Below are positions 14,001 to 26,400 of a stretch of DNA of 64,000 bases, in pieces. Each line of letters begins with the position of its first letter. Position 1 is the first letter of the stretch. The notes beneath the pieces are model-generated. The model ran no database searches. It was not told the DNA's origin and saw nothing but the letters and a program-made list of their open reading frames with translations. This DNA is from Eledone cirrhosa (lineage: Eukaryota). Both the position numbers and the translations under genes were made by a program. The DNA is taken from assembly GCA_964016885.1 (NCBI GenBank), contig OZ024753.1, forward strand, positions 26,660,001-26,724,000. The letters are read 5' to 3'.

Positions 14001-16200
14001 GTAGGGTTATTGTTAGTGTTACTGCTAGGGTTAGGGTTTGGGTTTGGGTTAGGGTTTGGGTTAGGTTTACGGTTACGGTTAGTGTTTCGGTTATTATTAG
14101 GGTTAGAGTTTGTGTTAGATTTAGGGTTAGGTTTCCGGTTGGGGTTGCGGTTGGGATTAGCGTTGGGGATAGTGTTAGGGTTAGGGTCAGTGTTAGGGTT
14201 AGGGTTAGGGTTAGGGTTAGGGTTATGTTTAGGGTTACGGTTAGGGTTACGGTTTGGGTTTGGGTTTGGGTTAGGTTTAGGTTTAGTGTTAGGTTTATGG
14301 ATAGGGTTAGGGTTAGGGTTAGGGTTAGGGTTAGGGTTTGGGTTAGGTTTACGGTTAGTGTTTGGGTTAGTTTTAAGGTTAGCGTTAGGGTTACGGATAT
14401 GGTTAGGGTTTTGGGTTAGGATTTGGGTTAGGGTTATCGTTAGTGTTACTGCTAGGGTTAGGGTTTGGGTTTGGGTTAGGGTTACGGTTAGTGTTTGGGT
14501 TAGTTTTAGGGTTAGCGTTAGGGTTACGGATAGGGTTAGGGTTTGGGTTAGGATTTGGGTTAGGGTAATTGTTAGTGTTACTGTTAGGGTTAGGGTTTGG
14601 GCTAGGGTTAGTGTTTGGGTTAGGCTTAGTTTTAGGGTTAGGTTTATGGTTAGGGTTAGGGTTTGCGTTAGGTTCAGGGTTACGGTTAGGGTTACGGTTT
14701 GTGTTTGGGTTTGGTTTAGGGTAAGGGTTAGGGTTTGGGTTAGGTTTAGGGCTAGGGTTACTGTTAAGGATAGGGTTATTGTTAGTGTTACTGCTAGGGT
14801 TAGGGTTTGGGTTTGGGTTAGGGTTTGGGTTAGGTTTACGGTTACGGTTAGTGTTTGGGTTATTATTAGGATTAGAGTTTGTGTTAGATTTAGGGTTAGG
14901 TTTCCGGTTGGGGTTGCGGTTGGGATTAGCGTTGGGGATAGTATTAGGGTTAGGGTCAGTGTTAGGGTTAGGTTTAGGGTTAGGGTTATGTTTAGGGTTA
15001 CGGTTAGTGTTACGGTTTGGGTTTGGGTTTGGGTTAGGTTTAGGTTTAGGGTTAGGGTTATGGATAGGGTTAGGGTTAGTGTTAGGGTTAGGGTTAGGGT
15101 TTGGGTTAGGTTTACGGTTACTGTTTGGGTTAGTTTTAGGCTTAGCGTTAGGGTTACGGATAGGGTTAGGGTTTGGGTTAGGATTTGGGTTAGGGTTATT
15201 GTTAGTGTTACTGCTAGGGTTAGGGTTTGGGTTTGGGTTACGGTTACGGTTAGTGTTTGGGTTAGTTTTAGGGTTAGCGTTAGGGTTACGGATAGGGTTA
15301 GGGTTTGGGTTAGGGTAATTGTAAGTATTACTGTTAGGGTTAGGGTTTGGGTTAGGGTTAGGGTTTGGGTGAGGCTTAGTTTTAGGGTTAGGTTTATGGT
15401 TAGGGTTAGGGTTTGCGTTAGGTTCAGGGATACGGTTAGGGTTACGGTTTTTGTTTGGGTTTGGTTTAGGGTTAGGGTTAGGGTTTGGGTTAGGTTTAGG
15501 GCTAGGGTTACTGTTAAGGGTAGGGTTATTGTTAGTGTTACTGCAAGGGTTAGGGTTTGGGTTTGGGTTAGGGTTTGGTTTAGGTTTACGGTTACGGTTA
15601 GTGTTTGGGTTATTATTAGGGTTAGAGTTTGTGTTAGGGTTAGGGTTAGGTTTCCGGATGGGGTTGCGGTTGGGATTAGCGTTGGGGATAGTGTTAGGGT
15701 TAGGGTTAGGGTTTGGGTTAGGCTTAGTTTCAGGGTTAGGTTTATGGTTAGGGTTAGGGTTAGGGTTTGCGTTAGGTTCAGGGTTACGGTTAGGGTTACG
15801 GTTTGTGTTTGGGTTAGGTTTATGGTTAGGGTTAGGGTTAGGGTTTGGGTTAGGGTTAGGGATAGGGTTACTGTTAAGGGTAGGGTTATGTTTAGGGTTA
15901 GGGTTAGGGTTTGGGTTAGGGTTACGGTTGGGGTTGGGGTTTGAGTTGGGGTTAGCTTAGGTGACAGGGTTGGGGTTAGAATTATGGTTAGGGTTGGGGT
16001 TTGGGTTAGGGTTAGGGTTAGACTTAGGGTCAGGGTTTGTGTTAGGGTTTCGGTTAGGGTTAGTGTTACTGTTAGGGTTAGGGTTAGTGTTAGGGTTAGT
16101 GTTAGGGTTTGGATTAGGGTTAGGGTTAGGATAAAGGTTAGGGTTTGGGTTAGGGTTAGGGCTTGGGTTTGATCTCGGGTTAGGGTTAGGGTTAGGGTTA
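11040..16200 (+). repeat. ~0.7-0.77-kb monomers arranged as a ~2.23-2.25-kb higher-order repeat
   Basis: The word GTTACTGTTAAGG(G/A)TAGGGTTATTGTTAGTGTTACTG recurs at ~11046, 11737, 12506, 13274, 13988, 14757 and 15507. Marker GATCTCGGG occurs at ~11003, 13944 and 16171. ORF pairs 12528/14779 and 13218/15451. Confidence 0.85.
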
Positions 16201-17489
16201 GGGTTAAGGTTTGGGTTAGGGTGTGCGTTAGGGTTAGTGTTAGGGTTAGTGTTAGGGTTAGGGTTAGGGTTAGGATTTGGTTTAGGGTTAGGGCTAGTGT
16301 TAGGGTTAGGTTTAGTGTTTGGGTTAGCGTTTGGGTTACGGTTATTGTTTGGGTTAGTGTTAGGGTTAGCGTTAGTGTTAGGGTTAAGGTTAGGGTTATT
16401 GTTGGTGTTTGGGTTTGGGTTAGGTTTTGTGTTTGGGTTAGGGTTAGCGATAGGGTTAGGGTTAGGGTTAGGGGTAGGGTTGGGGTTAGGGTTAGGGTTA
16501 GGGTTGGGGTTGCGGTTAGGGTTAGGGTTAGGGTTGGGGTTGGGGTTAGCGTTAGGGTTAGGGTTAGGGTTTGTGTTAGGGTTTGGGTTAGTGTTAGGTT
16601 TATGTTTAGGGTTATTGTTTGTTAGGGCTCGGGTTAGGATTAGGGTTATGGTTAGGATTAGGGTTTCGGTTAGGATTTGGGTTAGGGTTATTGTTAGTGT
16701 TACTGCTAGAGTTAGGGTTTGGGTTTGGGTTAGGGTTTGGGTTAGGGTTACGGTTAGTGTTTGGGTTAGTGTTAGGTTTAGAGTTTGTGTTAGGGTTAGT
16801 GTTAGGGTTAGGTTTAGGTTTAGGGTTAGGGTTGTGTTTAGGGTTACGGTTAGGGTTACGGTTTGGGTTTGGGTTAGGTTTAGGGTTAGGGTTAGGGTTA
16901 GGGTTAGGGTTTCGGTTAGGGTTAGGGTTACGGTTGGGGTTTGGGTACGGGTTGGGGTTCGAGTTAGCGTTGGTGATAGGTTTGAGGTTAGAGTTAGGTT
17001 TAGGGTTATGGTTAGGGTTTGGGTTAGAGTTGGGGTTACGGTTAGGGTTAGGGTTTGGGTTAGGGTTATGTTAGGGTTAGGGTTAGGTTTAGTGTTATTG
17101 TTTATGTTAGGGTTTGGGTTAGGGTTATTGTTAGTGTTACTGCTAGGGTTAGGGTTTGGGTTTGGGTTAGGGTTTGGGTCAGGGTTAGGGTTACGGTTAG
17201 TGTTTGGGTTAATGTTAGGGTTAGAGTTAGGGTTAGTGTTAGGGTTAGGGTTAGGGTTAGGGTTACGTTTCCGGTTGGGATTAGCGTTGGGGATAGGTTT
17301 AGGGTTAGGGTAGGTTAGGTTTAGGGTTAGTGTTAGGGTTAGTGTTTGAGTTGGGGTTGGGGTGGGGTTGGTGTGCGTGTTAAGGTTGGGGTTAGGGTTT
17401 GGGTTAGGGTTAGTGTTATGGGTAGGGTTAGGGTTGCGGTTGCAGTTGTGGTTGGGGTTGGGGCTAGCGTTGGGTATAGGGTTGGGGTT

Positions 17490-20400
17490 AGAGTTAGGGT
17501 TAGAGTTACGGTTGGGGTTAGAGTTAGCGTTGGGGTTAGGTTTAGGGTTAGCGTTGGGGTTAGGGTTAGGGTTAGCGTTGGGGTTAGGGTTAGGGTTAGA
17601 GTTATCGTTTGGGCTAGGGTTAGGGTTAGGTGTAGCTTTAGGGTTATGGTTTTGGGTTAGGGTTAGGGTGAGTGTTCGGGTTCGGATCAGGGTTACGGTT
17701 AGGTTTAGGGTTAGTGTTAAGATTTGGGTTAGGGTGTGCGTTAGGGTTAGGTTTTGGGTTAGGGTTATTGTTAGTGTTACTGTTAGGGTTAGGGTTTGGG
17801 TTAGGGTTAGGGTTTGGGTTAGGCTTAGTTTTAGGGTTAGGTTTATGGTTAGCGTTAGGGTTTGTGTTAGGGTTAGGGCTAGGGTTACTGTTAAGGGTAG
17901 GGTTATTGTTAGTGTTACTGCTAGGGTTAGGGTTTGGGTTTGGGTTAGGGTTTGGGTTAGGTTTACGGTTACGGTTAGTGTTTGGGTTATTATTAGGGTT
18001 AGATTTTGTGTTAGACTTAGGGTTAGGTTTCCGGTTGGGGTTGCGGTTGGGATTAGCGTTGGGGATAGTGTTAGGGTTAGGGTCAGTGTTAGGGTTAGGT
18101 TTAGGGTTAGGGTTAGTGTTATGTTTAGGGTTACGTTTAGGGTTACGGTTACTGTTTGGGTTTGGGTTAGGTTTAGGTTTAGGGTTAGGGTTAGGGTTAG
18201 GGTTAGGGTTTGGGTTAGGATTTGGGTTAGGGTAATTGTTAGTGTTACTGTTAGGGTTAGGGTTTGGGTTAGGGTTAGGGTTTGGGTTAGGCTTAGTTTT
18301 AGGGTTAGGTTTATGGTTAGGGTTAGGGTTTGCGTTAGGTTCAGGGTTACGGTTAGGGTTACGGTTTGTGTTTGGGTTTGGTTTAGGGTTAGGGTTAGGG
18401 TTTGGGTTAGGGTTAGGGCTAGGGTTACTGTTAAGGGTAGGGTTATTGTTAGTGTTACTGCTAGGGTTTGGGTTAGGGTTTGGGTTAGGGTTTGGGTTAG
18501 GATTTGGGTTAGGGTAATTGTTAGTGTTACTGTTAGGGTTAGGGTTTGGGTTAGGGTTAGGGTTTGGGTTAGGCTTAGTTTTAGGGTTAGGTTTATGGTT
18601 AGGGTTAGGGTTTGCGTTAGGTTCAGGGTTACGGTTAGGGTTACGGTTTGTGTTTGGGTTTGGTTTAGGGTTAGGGTTAGGGTTTGGGTTAGGGTTAGGG
18701 CTAGGGTTACTGTTAAGGGTAGGGTTATTGTTAGTGTTACTGCTAGGGTTTGGGTTAGGGTTTGGGTTAGGTTTACGGTTACGGTTAGTGTTTGGGTTAT
18801 TATTAGTGTTAGAGTTTGTGTTAGATTTAGGGTTAGGTTTCCGGTTGGGGTTGCGGTTGGGATTAGCGTTGGGGATAGTGTTAGGGTTAGGGTCAGTGTT
18901 AGGGTTAGGGTCAGTGTTAGGGTTAGGTTTAAGGTTAGGGATAAGGTTATGTTTAGGGTTACGGTTAGGGTTACGGTTTGGGTTTGGGTTAGGTTTAGGT
19001 TTAGGGTTAGGGTTATGGTTATGGTTAGGGTTAGGGTTAGGGTTAGGGTTTGGGTTAGCGTTCGAGTTAGGGTTAAGGTTAGGTTTGGGGTTTGGTTTAG
19101 GGTTAGGGCTAGCGTTAGGGTTAGGTTTAGGGTTTGGGTTAGGGTTTGGGTTAGGTTTACGGTTAGTGTTTGGGTTAGTTTTAGGGTTAGCGTGAGGGTT
19201 ACGGATAGGGTTAGGGTTTGGGTTAGGATTTGGGTTAGGGTTATTGTTAGTGTTACTGCTAGGGTTAGGGTTTGGGTTTGGGTTAGGGTTACGGTTAGTG
19301 TTTGGGTTAGTTTTAGGGTTAGCGTTAGGGTTACGGATAGGGTTAGGGTTTGGGTTAGGGTAATTGTTAGTATTACTGTTAGGGTTAGGGTTTGGGTTAG
19401 GGTTAGTGTTTGGGTTTGGGTTAGGGTCTGGTTTAGGTTTACGTTTACGGTTAGTGTTTGGGTTATTATTAGCGTTAGAGTTTGTGTTAGGGTTAGGGTT
19501 AGGTTTCCGGTTGGGGTTGCGGTTGGGATTAGCGTTGGGGATAGTGTTAGGGTTAGGGTCAGTGTTAGGGTTAGGTTTAGGATTAGGGTTAGGGTTATGT
19601 TTAGGGTTACGGTTAGGGTTACGGTTTGGGTTTGGGTTTGGGTTAGGTTTAGGGTTAGGGTTAGGGTTATGGATAGGGTTAGGGTTTGGGTTAGAATTTG
19701 GGTTAGGGTTATTGTTAGTGTTACTGTTAGGGTTAGGGTTTGGGTTTGTGTTAGGGTTTGGGTTAAGTTAGGTTTACGGTTAGTGTTTGGGTTAGTGTAA
19801 GGTTTAGTGTTAGGGTTAGTGTTAGGTTTAGTGTTAGGGTTAGGGTTACGTTTCCGGTTGGGATTGAGGTTGGGGTTAGCGTTGGGGATAGGGTTTGGGT
19901 TAGGGTTAGGGTTTGGGTTAGGCTTAGTTTCAGGGTTAGTTTTATGGTTAGGGTTAGGGTTAGGGTTTGCGTTAGGTTCAGGGTTACGGTTAGGGTTACG
20001 GTTTGTGTTTGGTTTAGGTTTATGGTTAGGGTTAGGGTTAGGGTTTGGGTTAGGGTTAGGGATAGGGTTACTGTTAAGGGTAGGGTTATGTTTAAGGTTA
20101 GGGTTAGGGTTTGGGTTAGGGTTACGGTTGGGGTTGGGGTTTGAGTTGGGGTTAGCTTAGGTGACAGGGTTGGGATTAGAATTATGGTTAGGGTTATGGT
20201 TTGTGTTAGGGTTAGGGTTAGACTTAGGGTTAGGGCTTGTGTTAAGGTTTGGGTTAGGGTTAGTGTTACTGTTAGGGTTAGGGTTAGGGTTATGGTTAGG
20301 GTTAGTGTTAGGGTTAGTGTTAGGGTTTGGATTAGGGTTAGGGTTAGGATAAAGGTTAGGGTTTCGGTTAGGGTTAGGGCTTGGGTTTGATCTCGGGTTA

Positions 20401-23400
20401 GGGTTAGGGTTAGGGTTAGGGTTAAGGTTTGGGTTAGGGTGTGCGTTAGGGTTAGTGTTAGGGTTAGTGTTAGGGTTAGGGTTAGTGTTAGGGTTTGGTT
20501 TAGGGTTAGGGCTAGCGTTAGGGTTAGGTTTAGTGTTTGGGTTAGCGTTTGGGTTACGGTTATTGTTTGGGTTAGTGTTAGGGTTAGCGTTAGTGTTAGG
20601 GTTAAGGTTAGGGTTAGTGTTGGTGTTTGGGTTTGGGTTAGGTTTTGTGTTTGGGTTAGGGTTAGCGATAGGGTTAGGATTAGGGTTAGGGGTAGGGTTA
20701 GGGGTAGGGTTAGGGTTTGTGTTAGGGTTTGGGTTAATGTTAGGTTTATGTTTAGGGTTATTGTTTGTTAGGGCTCGGGTTAGGGTTAGGGTTAGGATTA
20801 GGGTTTGGGTTAGGATTTGGGTTAGGGTTATTGTTAGTGTTACTGCTAGGGTTAGGGTTTGGGTTTGGGTTAGGGTTAGGGTTACGGTTAGTGTTTGGGT
20901 TAGTGTTAGGTTTAGAGTTTGTGTTAGGGTTAGGGTTAGGGTTAGGGTTAGGGTTAGGGTTAGGGTTAGGGTTTCGGTTAGGGTTACGGTTGGGGTACGG
21001 GTTGGGGTTCGAGTTAGCGTTGGTGATAGGTTTGAGGTTAGAGTTAGGTTTAGGGTTATGGTTAGGGTTTGGGTTAGAGTTGGGGTTACGGTTAGGGTTA
21101 GGGTTAGGGTTATGTTAGGTTTAGGGTTAGGTTTATGTTTAGGGTTAGCGTTAGTGTTAGTGTTAAGGTTTGGATTAGGGTTAGGGTTAGAGTTAGGATT
21201 AGGGTTTGGGTTTGGGTTTGGGTTAGGGTTAGGGCTTGGGTTTGGGTTTGTTTTTGGGTTAGGGTTAGTGTTAGGATTAGGGTTACGGTGTAGGTTTAGG
21301 GTTAGGGTTTGGGTTAGCGTTGGGGTTAGTGTTTGGGTTGGGGTTGGGGTGGGGTTGGGTGTGGGTTAAGGTTGGAGTTAGGGTTAGGATTGAGTTTCGG
21401 GTTAGGGTTAGGGTTAGAGATAGGGTTAGAGTTAGCGTTGGGGTTAGGGTTAGTGTTAGAGTTAGGGTTAGAGTTAGGATTACGGTTGCAGTTGTGGTTG
21501 GGGTTGGGGCTAGCGTTGGGGATAGGGTTGGGTTAGAGTTAGGGTTACTGTTAGGGTTGGGGTTAGGGTTAGCGTTGGGGTTAAGGTTAGGGTTAGGGTT
21601 TGGGTTAGGGTTAGGGTTAGAGTTATCGTTTGGGTTAGGGTTAGGGTTAGGTGTAGGTTTAGGGTTATGGTTTTGGGTTATGATTTTGGGTTAGGGTTAG
21701 CGTTAGTGTTAGGGTTAGTGTTCGGGTTTGGATTAGGGTTAGTGTTAGGGTTAGGGCTTGTGCTTGTTTTTGGTTTCGGGTTAGGATTAGGGTTAGTGTT
21801 AAGATTTGGGTTAGGGTGTGCGTTACGGTTAGGGTTAGTGTTAGGATTAGGGTTATGGTTAGGTTTAGGGTTAGGGTTTGTGTTTGGGTTAGGGTTAGGG
21901 TTAGAGTTAAGGTTTGGGTTAGGGTTCGAGTTAGGGTGAGGGTTAGGTTTTGGGTTTGGTTTAGTGTTAGGGCTAGCGTTAGGGTTAGGTTTAGGGTTTG
22001 GGTTAGGGTTTGGGTTAGGTTTACGGTTAGTGTTTGGGTTAGTTTTAGGGTTAGCGTTAGGGTTAGGATTCGGGTTAGTGTTTGGGTTGGGGTTGGGATG
22101 GGGTTGGGGTGCGTGTGGGTTAGGGTTAGGGTTAAGGTTAGGGTTAGTGTTGGGGTTTGTGTTTGGGTTAGGGTTAGGTTTTGTGTTTGGGTTAGTGTTA
22201 GGGTTAGGGTTAGGGGTAGGGTTAGGGTTTGTGTTAGGGTTTGGGTTTGGTTTATGTTTAGGGTTATTGTTTATGTTAGGGCTCGGGTTAGGATTAGGGT
22301 TACGGTTAGGTTTATGGTTAGGGTTTGGGTTTGGTTTAGGGTTAGGGCTAGCTTTAGGGTTAGGTTTAGTGTTTGGGTTAGGGTTTGGGTTAAGGTTACG
22401 GTTAGTGTTTGGGTTAGTGTCAGGCTTAGCATTAGGGTTAGGTTTAGGGTTAGTGTTTGAGTTGGGGTTGGGGTGCGTGATGGTGTTGGGGTGGGGTTAG
22501 AGGTGGAGTTAGGGTTAGGGTTAGGTTTTGTGTTTGGGTTAGGGTTAGCGATAGGGTTAGGTATAGGGTTAGGGGTAGGGTTAGGGTTTGTGTTAGGGTT
22601 TGGATTTGGGTTAGGGTTAGGTTTATGTTTAGGGTTATTGTTTATGTTAGGGCTCGGGTTAATATTAGGGTTACGGTTAGGGTTTGGTTAGGATTTGGGT
22701 TAGGGTTATAGTTAGTGTTACTGCTAGTGTTAGGTTTTGGGTTTGTGTTAGGGTTAGGGTTAATGTTAGGTTTTCGGTTAGTGTTTGGCTTAGTGTAAGG
22801 GTTAGTGTTAGGGTTAGGGCTAGGGTTACGTTTCCGGTTGGGGTTGCGGTTGGGGTTAGCGTTGGGGATAGGGTTAGGGTTATGTTTAGGGTTTGGATTT
22901 GGGTTAGGGTTAGTTTTAGGGTTAGGTTTAGGTTTAGGGTTAGGGTTAGGGTTTGCGTTAGGTTTAGGGTTTCGGTTAGTGTTACGGTTTGGGTTAGGTT
23001 TAGTGTTAGGTTTTGGGTTAGGGTTAGGGTTAGGGTTAGTGTTAGGGTTAGTGTTAGGATTAGGGTTACGGTTAGGTTTAGGGTTAGGGTTAGGTTTGGA
23101 TTACGGTTTGGGTTTGGGTTAGGGTTCGAGTTAGGGTGAGGTTTGGGGTTTGGTTTAGGACTAGGGCTAGCGTTAGGGTTAGGTTTAGAGTTTGGGTTAT
23201 GGTTTGGGTTAGAGTTACGGTTAGTGTTTGGGTTAGTGTTAGGGTTAGCGTTAGTGTTAGGGATAGGGTTATGTTTGGGTTGGGGTTGGGGTGGGGTGAA
23301 TGCGGGTGGGTGTTGGTGTCAGGGTTAGGGGTGGAGTTGGGCTGAGGATTAAGATTAAGGTTAGTGTTGTGGTTTGGGTTTGGGTTAAGCTTAGGTTTTG

Positions 23401-26400
23401 TGTTTGGGTTAGGGTTAGCGATCGGATTAGTGTTAGGGTTAGGGTTAGGTTTAGGTTACTGTTTGGGTTTGGGTTAGGGTTAAGTTTATGTTTAGGGTTA
23501 TTGTTTATGTTAGGGCTCTGGTTAAGATTAGGGTTACGGTTAGGGTTTGGTTAGGATTTGGGTTAGGGTTATTGTTAGTGTTACTGCTAGTGTTAGGTTT
23601 TGCGTTTGTGTTAGGGTTTGGGTTAATGTTAGGTTTTCGGTTAGTGTTTGGCTTAGTGTAAGGGTTAGGGTTAGGGCTAGGGTTACGTTTCCGGTTGGGG
23701 TTGCGGTTGGGGTTAGCGTTGGGGATAGGGTTAGGGTTATGTTTAGGGTTTGGGTTTGGGTTAGGGTTAGTTTTAGGGTTAGGTTTAGGGTTAGGGTTAG
23801 GGTTAGGGTTTGCGTTAGGTTTAGGGTTTCGGTTAGTGTTACGGTTTGGGTTAGGTTTAGTGTTAGGGTTTTGGGTTAGGGTTAGGGTTAGTGTTAGTGT
23901 TAGTGTTAGGATTAGGGTTACGGTTAGGTTTAGGGTTAGGGTTAGGTTTGGATTACGGTTTGGGTTTGGGTTAGGGTTCGAGTTAGGGTGAGGTTTGGGG
24001 TTTGGTTTAGGACTAGGGCTAGCGTTAGGGTTAGGTTTAGAGTTTGGGTTATGGTTTGGGTTAGAGTTACGGTTAGTGTTTGGGTTAGTGTTAGGGTTAG
24101 CGTTAGTGTTAGGGATAGGGTTATGTTTGGGTTGGGGTTGGGCTGGGGTGAATGCGGGTGGGTGTTGGTGTCAGGGTTAGGGGTGGAGTTGGGGTTAGGA
24201 TTAAGATTAAGGTTAGTGTTGTGGTTTGGGTTTGGGTTAAGCTTAGGTTTTGTGTTTGGGTTAGCGTTAGCGATAGGATTAGTTTTAGGGTTAGGGTTAG
24301 GTTTAGGTTACTGTTTGGGTTTGGGTTAGGGTTAAGTTTATGTTTAGGGTTATTGTTTATGTTAGTGCTCGGGTTAGGATTAGGGTTAGGGTTAGGGTTT
24401 GGGTTAGGATTTGGGTTAGGATTATCGTTAGTGTTACTGCTAGGGTTAGGGTTTGGGTTTGGGTTACGGTTTGGGTTAGGGTTAGGGTTACGGTTAGTGT
24501 TTGGGTTAGGGTTAGGGTTAGAGTTAAGGTTAGTGTTACTGTTAGGGTTACGTTTCGCTTTGGGGTTGAGGTTAGCGTTGGGGATAGGGTTAGGATTAGT
24601 GTTTGGGTTAGGGTTAGGGTTTGGGTTAGTGTTAGGGTTAGGTTTAGGGTTAGCGTTAGGTTTAGGGTTAGGGTTAGGGTTTGGGTTAGGTTTAGGGTTT
24701 GGGTTAACGTTATGTTTTGGGTTATGGAGGGTTAGGGCTAGGGTTTTGGTTATGGAGGGTCAGGGTTAGGGTTAGGGTTATCGTTTGGGTTAGGGTTAGG
24801 TTTAGGGTTAGTGTTAGGGTTAGTGTTAGGGTTAGGTTTAGGTTTAGGGTTAGGGCTATGGTTTGGGTTAGGTTTAGTGTTACGGTTAGGGTTACGGTTT
24901 GAGTTTGGTTTAGGTTTAGGGTTAGGGTTAGGCTTTGTGTTAGGGTTAGGGTTAGGGTTAGTGTTAAGGGTAGGGTTAGGGTTGCGGTTGCAGTTGTGAT
25001 TGGGGTTGGGGCTAGCGTTGGAGATAGGGTTGGGGTTAGAGTTAGGTTTAATAGTTAGAGTTAGGGTTGGGGTTAGAGTTAGGTTTAGAGTTAGGGTTGG
25101 GGTTAGGTTTAGCGTTGGGGTTAGGTTTAGGGGTAGCGTTGGGGTTAGGGTTAGGGTTAGCGTTGGGGTTAGGGTTAAGGTTAGCGTTGGGGTTAGGGTT
25201 AGGGTTAGGGTTAGGTGTAGGTTTAGGGTTATGGTTTTGAGTTAGGGTTAGTGTTAGGGTTTGGATCAGGGTTAAGGTTATGTTTAGGGTTAGGGTTTGG
25301 GTTAGGGTTAGTGTTAAGGTTTGGTTTAGGGTGTGGGTTAGGGTTAGGTTTTGGGTTAGGGTTATTGTTAGGGTTAGGGTTAGGTTTATGGTTAGGGTTA
25401 GTGTTAGTGTTAGTGTTAGGGTTTTGATTAGGGCTAGGGTTAGGTTTAGTGTTAGGCTTTGGGTTTGGGTTTGGGTTAGGGCTTGGTTTTGGGTTTGGTT
25501 TCGGGTTAGGGTTAGGGTTAGTGTTAAGGTTTGGGTTAGGGTGTGCGTTAGTGTTAGGGTTAGGGTTAGTGTTAGGATTAGGGTTAGGCTTAGGGTTAGG
25601 GTTTGGGTTAGGGTTAGCGTTATGGTTAGCGTTAGGGTTGGGGTTGGGGTTAGGATTTGGATTAGGGTTAGGGTTAAGGTTAGGGTTTGGGTTATGGAAG
25701 GCTAGGGCTAGGGTTTGGGTTATGGAGGGTCGGGGTTAGGGTTAGGGTTATCGTTTGCGTTAGGGTTAGGTTTAGGGTTAGTGTTAGTGTTAGTGTTAGG
25801 GTTAGGTTTAGGGTTAGGGTTAGGGTTTGTGTTTGGGTTAGGTTTAGGGTTACGGTTAGGGTTACGGTTTGGGTTTGGTTTAGGTTTAGGGTTAGGGTTA
25901 GGCTTTGGGTTAGGGTTAGGGTTAGGGTTAGTGTTTTGGGTAGGGTTAGGGTTGCGGTTGCATTTGTGATTGGGGTTGGGGCTAGCGTTGGGTATAGGGT
26001 TGGGGTTAGAGTTAGGGTTAGAGTTAGGGTTGGGGTTAGGGTTAGCGTTGGGGCTAGGTTTAAGGTTAGAGTTGGGGATAGTGTTAGGGTTATCGTTCGG
26101 ATTAGGGTTAGGGTTAGAGTTATCGTTTGGGCTAGGGTTAGGGCTAGGTGTAGGTTTAGGGTTATGGTTTTGGGTTAGGGTGAGTGTTAGGGTTTGGATC
26201 AGGGTTACGGTTAGGTTTAGGATTAGTGTTAAAATTTGGGTTAGGGTGTGGGTTATGGTTTAAGTTTTGGATTAAGGTCATTGTTAGGGTTAGGGTTAGC
26301 GTTAGTGTTATTGTTATGGTTAGGGTTAAGGTTAGGGTTAGGGTTAGGGTTAGGTTTATGGTTTTGGGTTAGGGTTATGGTTTTGGGTTAGGTTTAGGGT

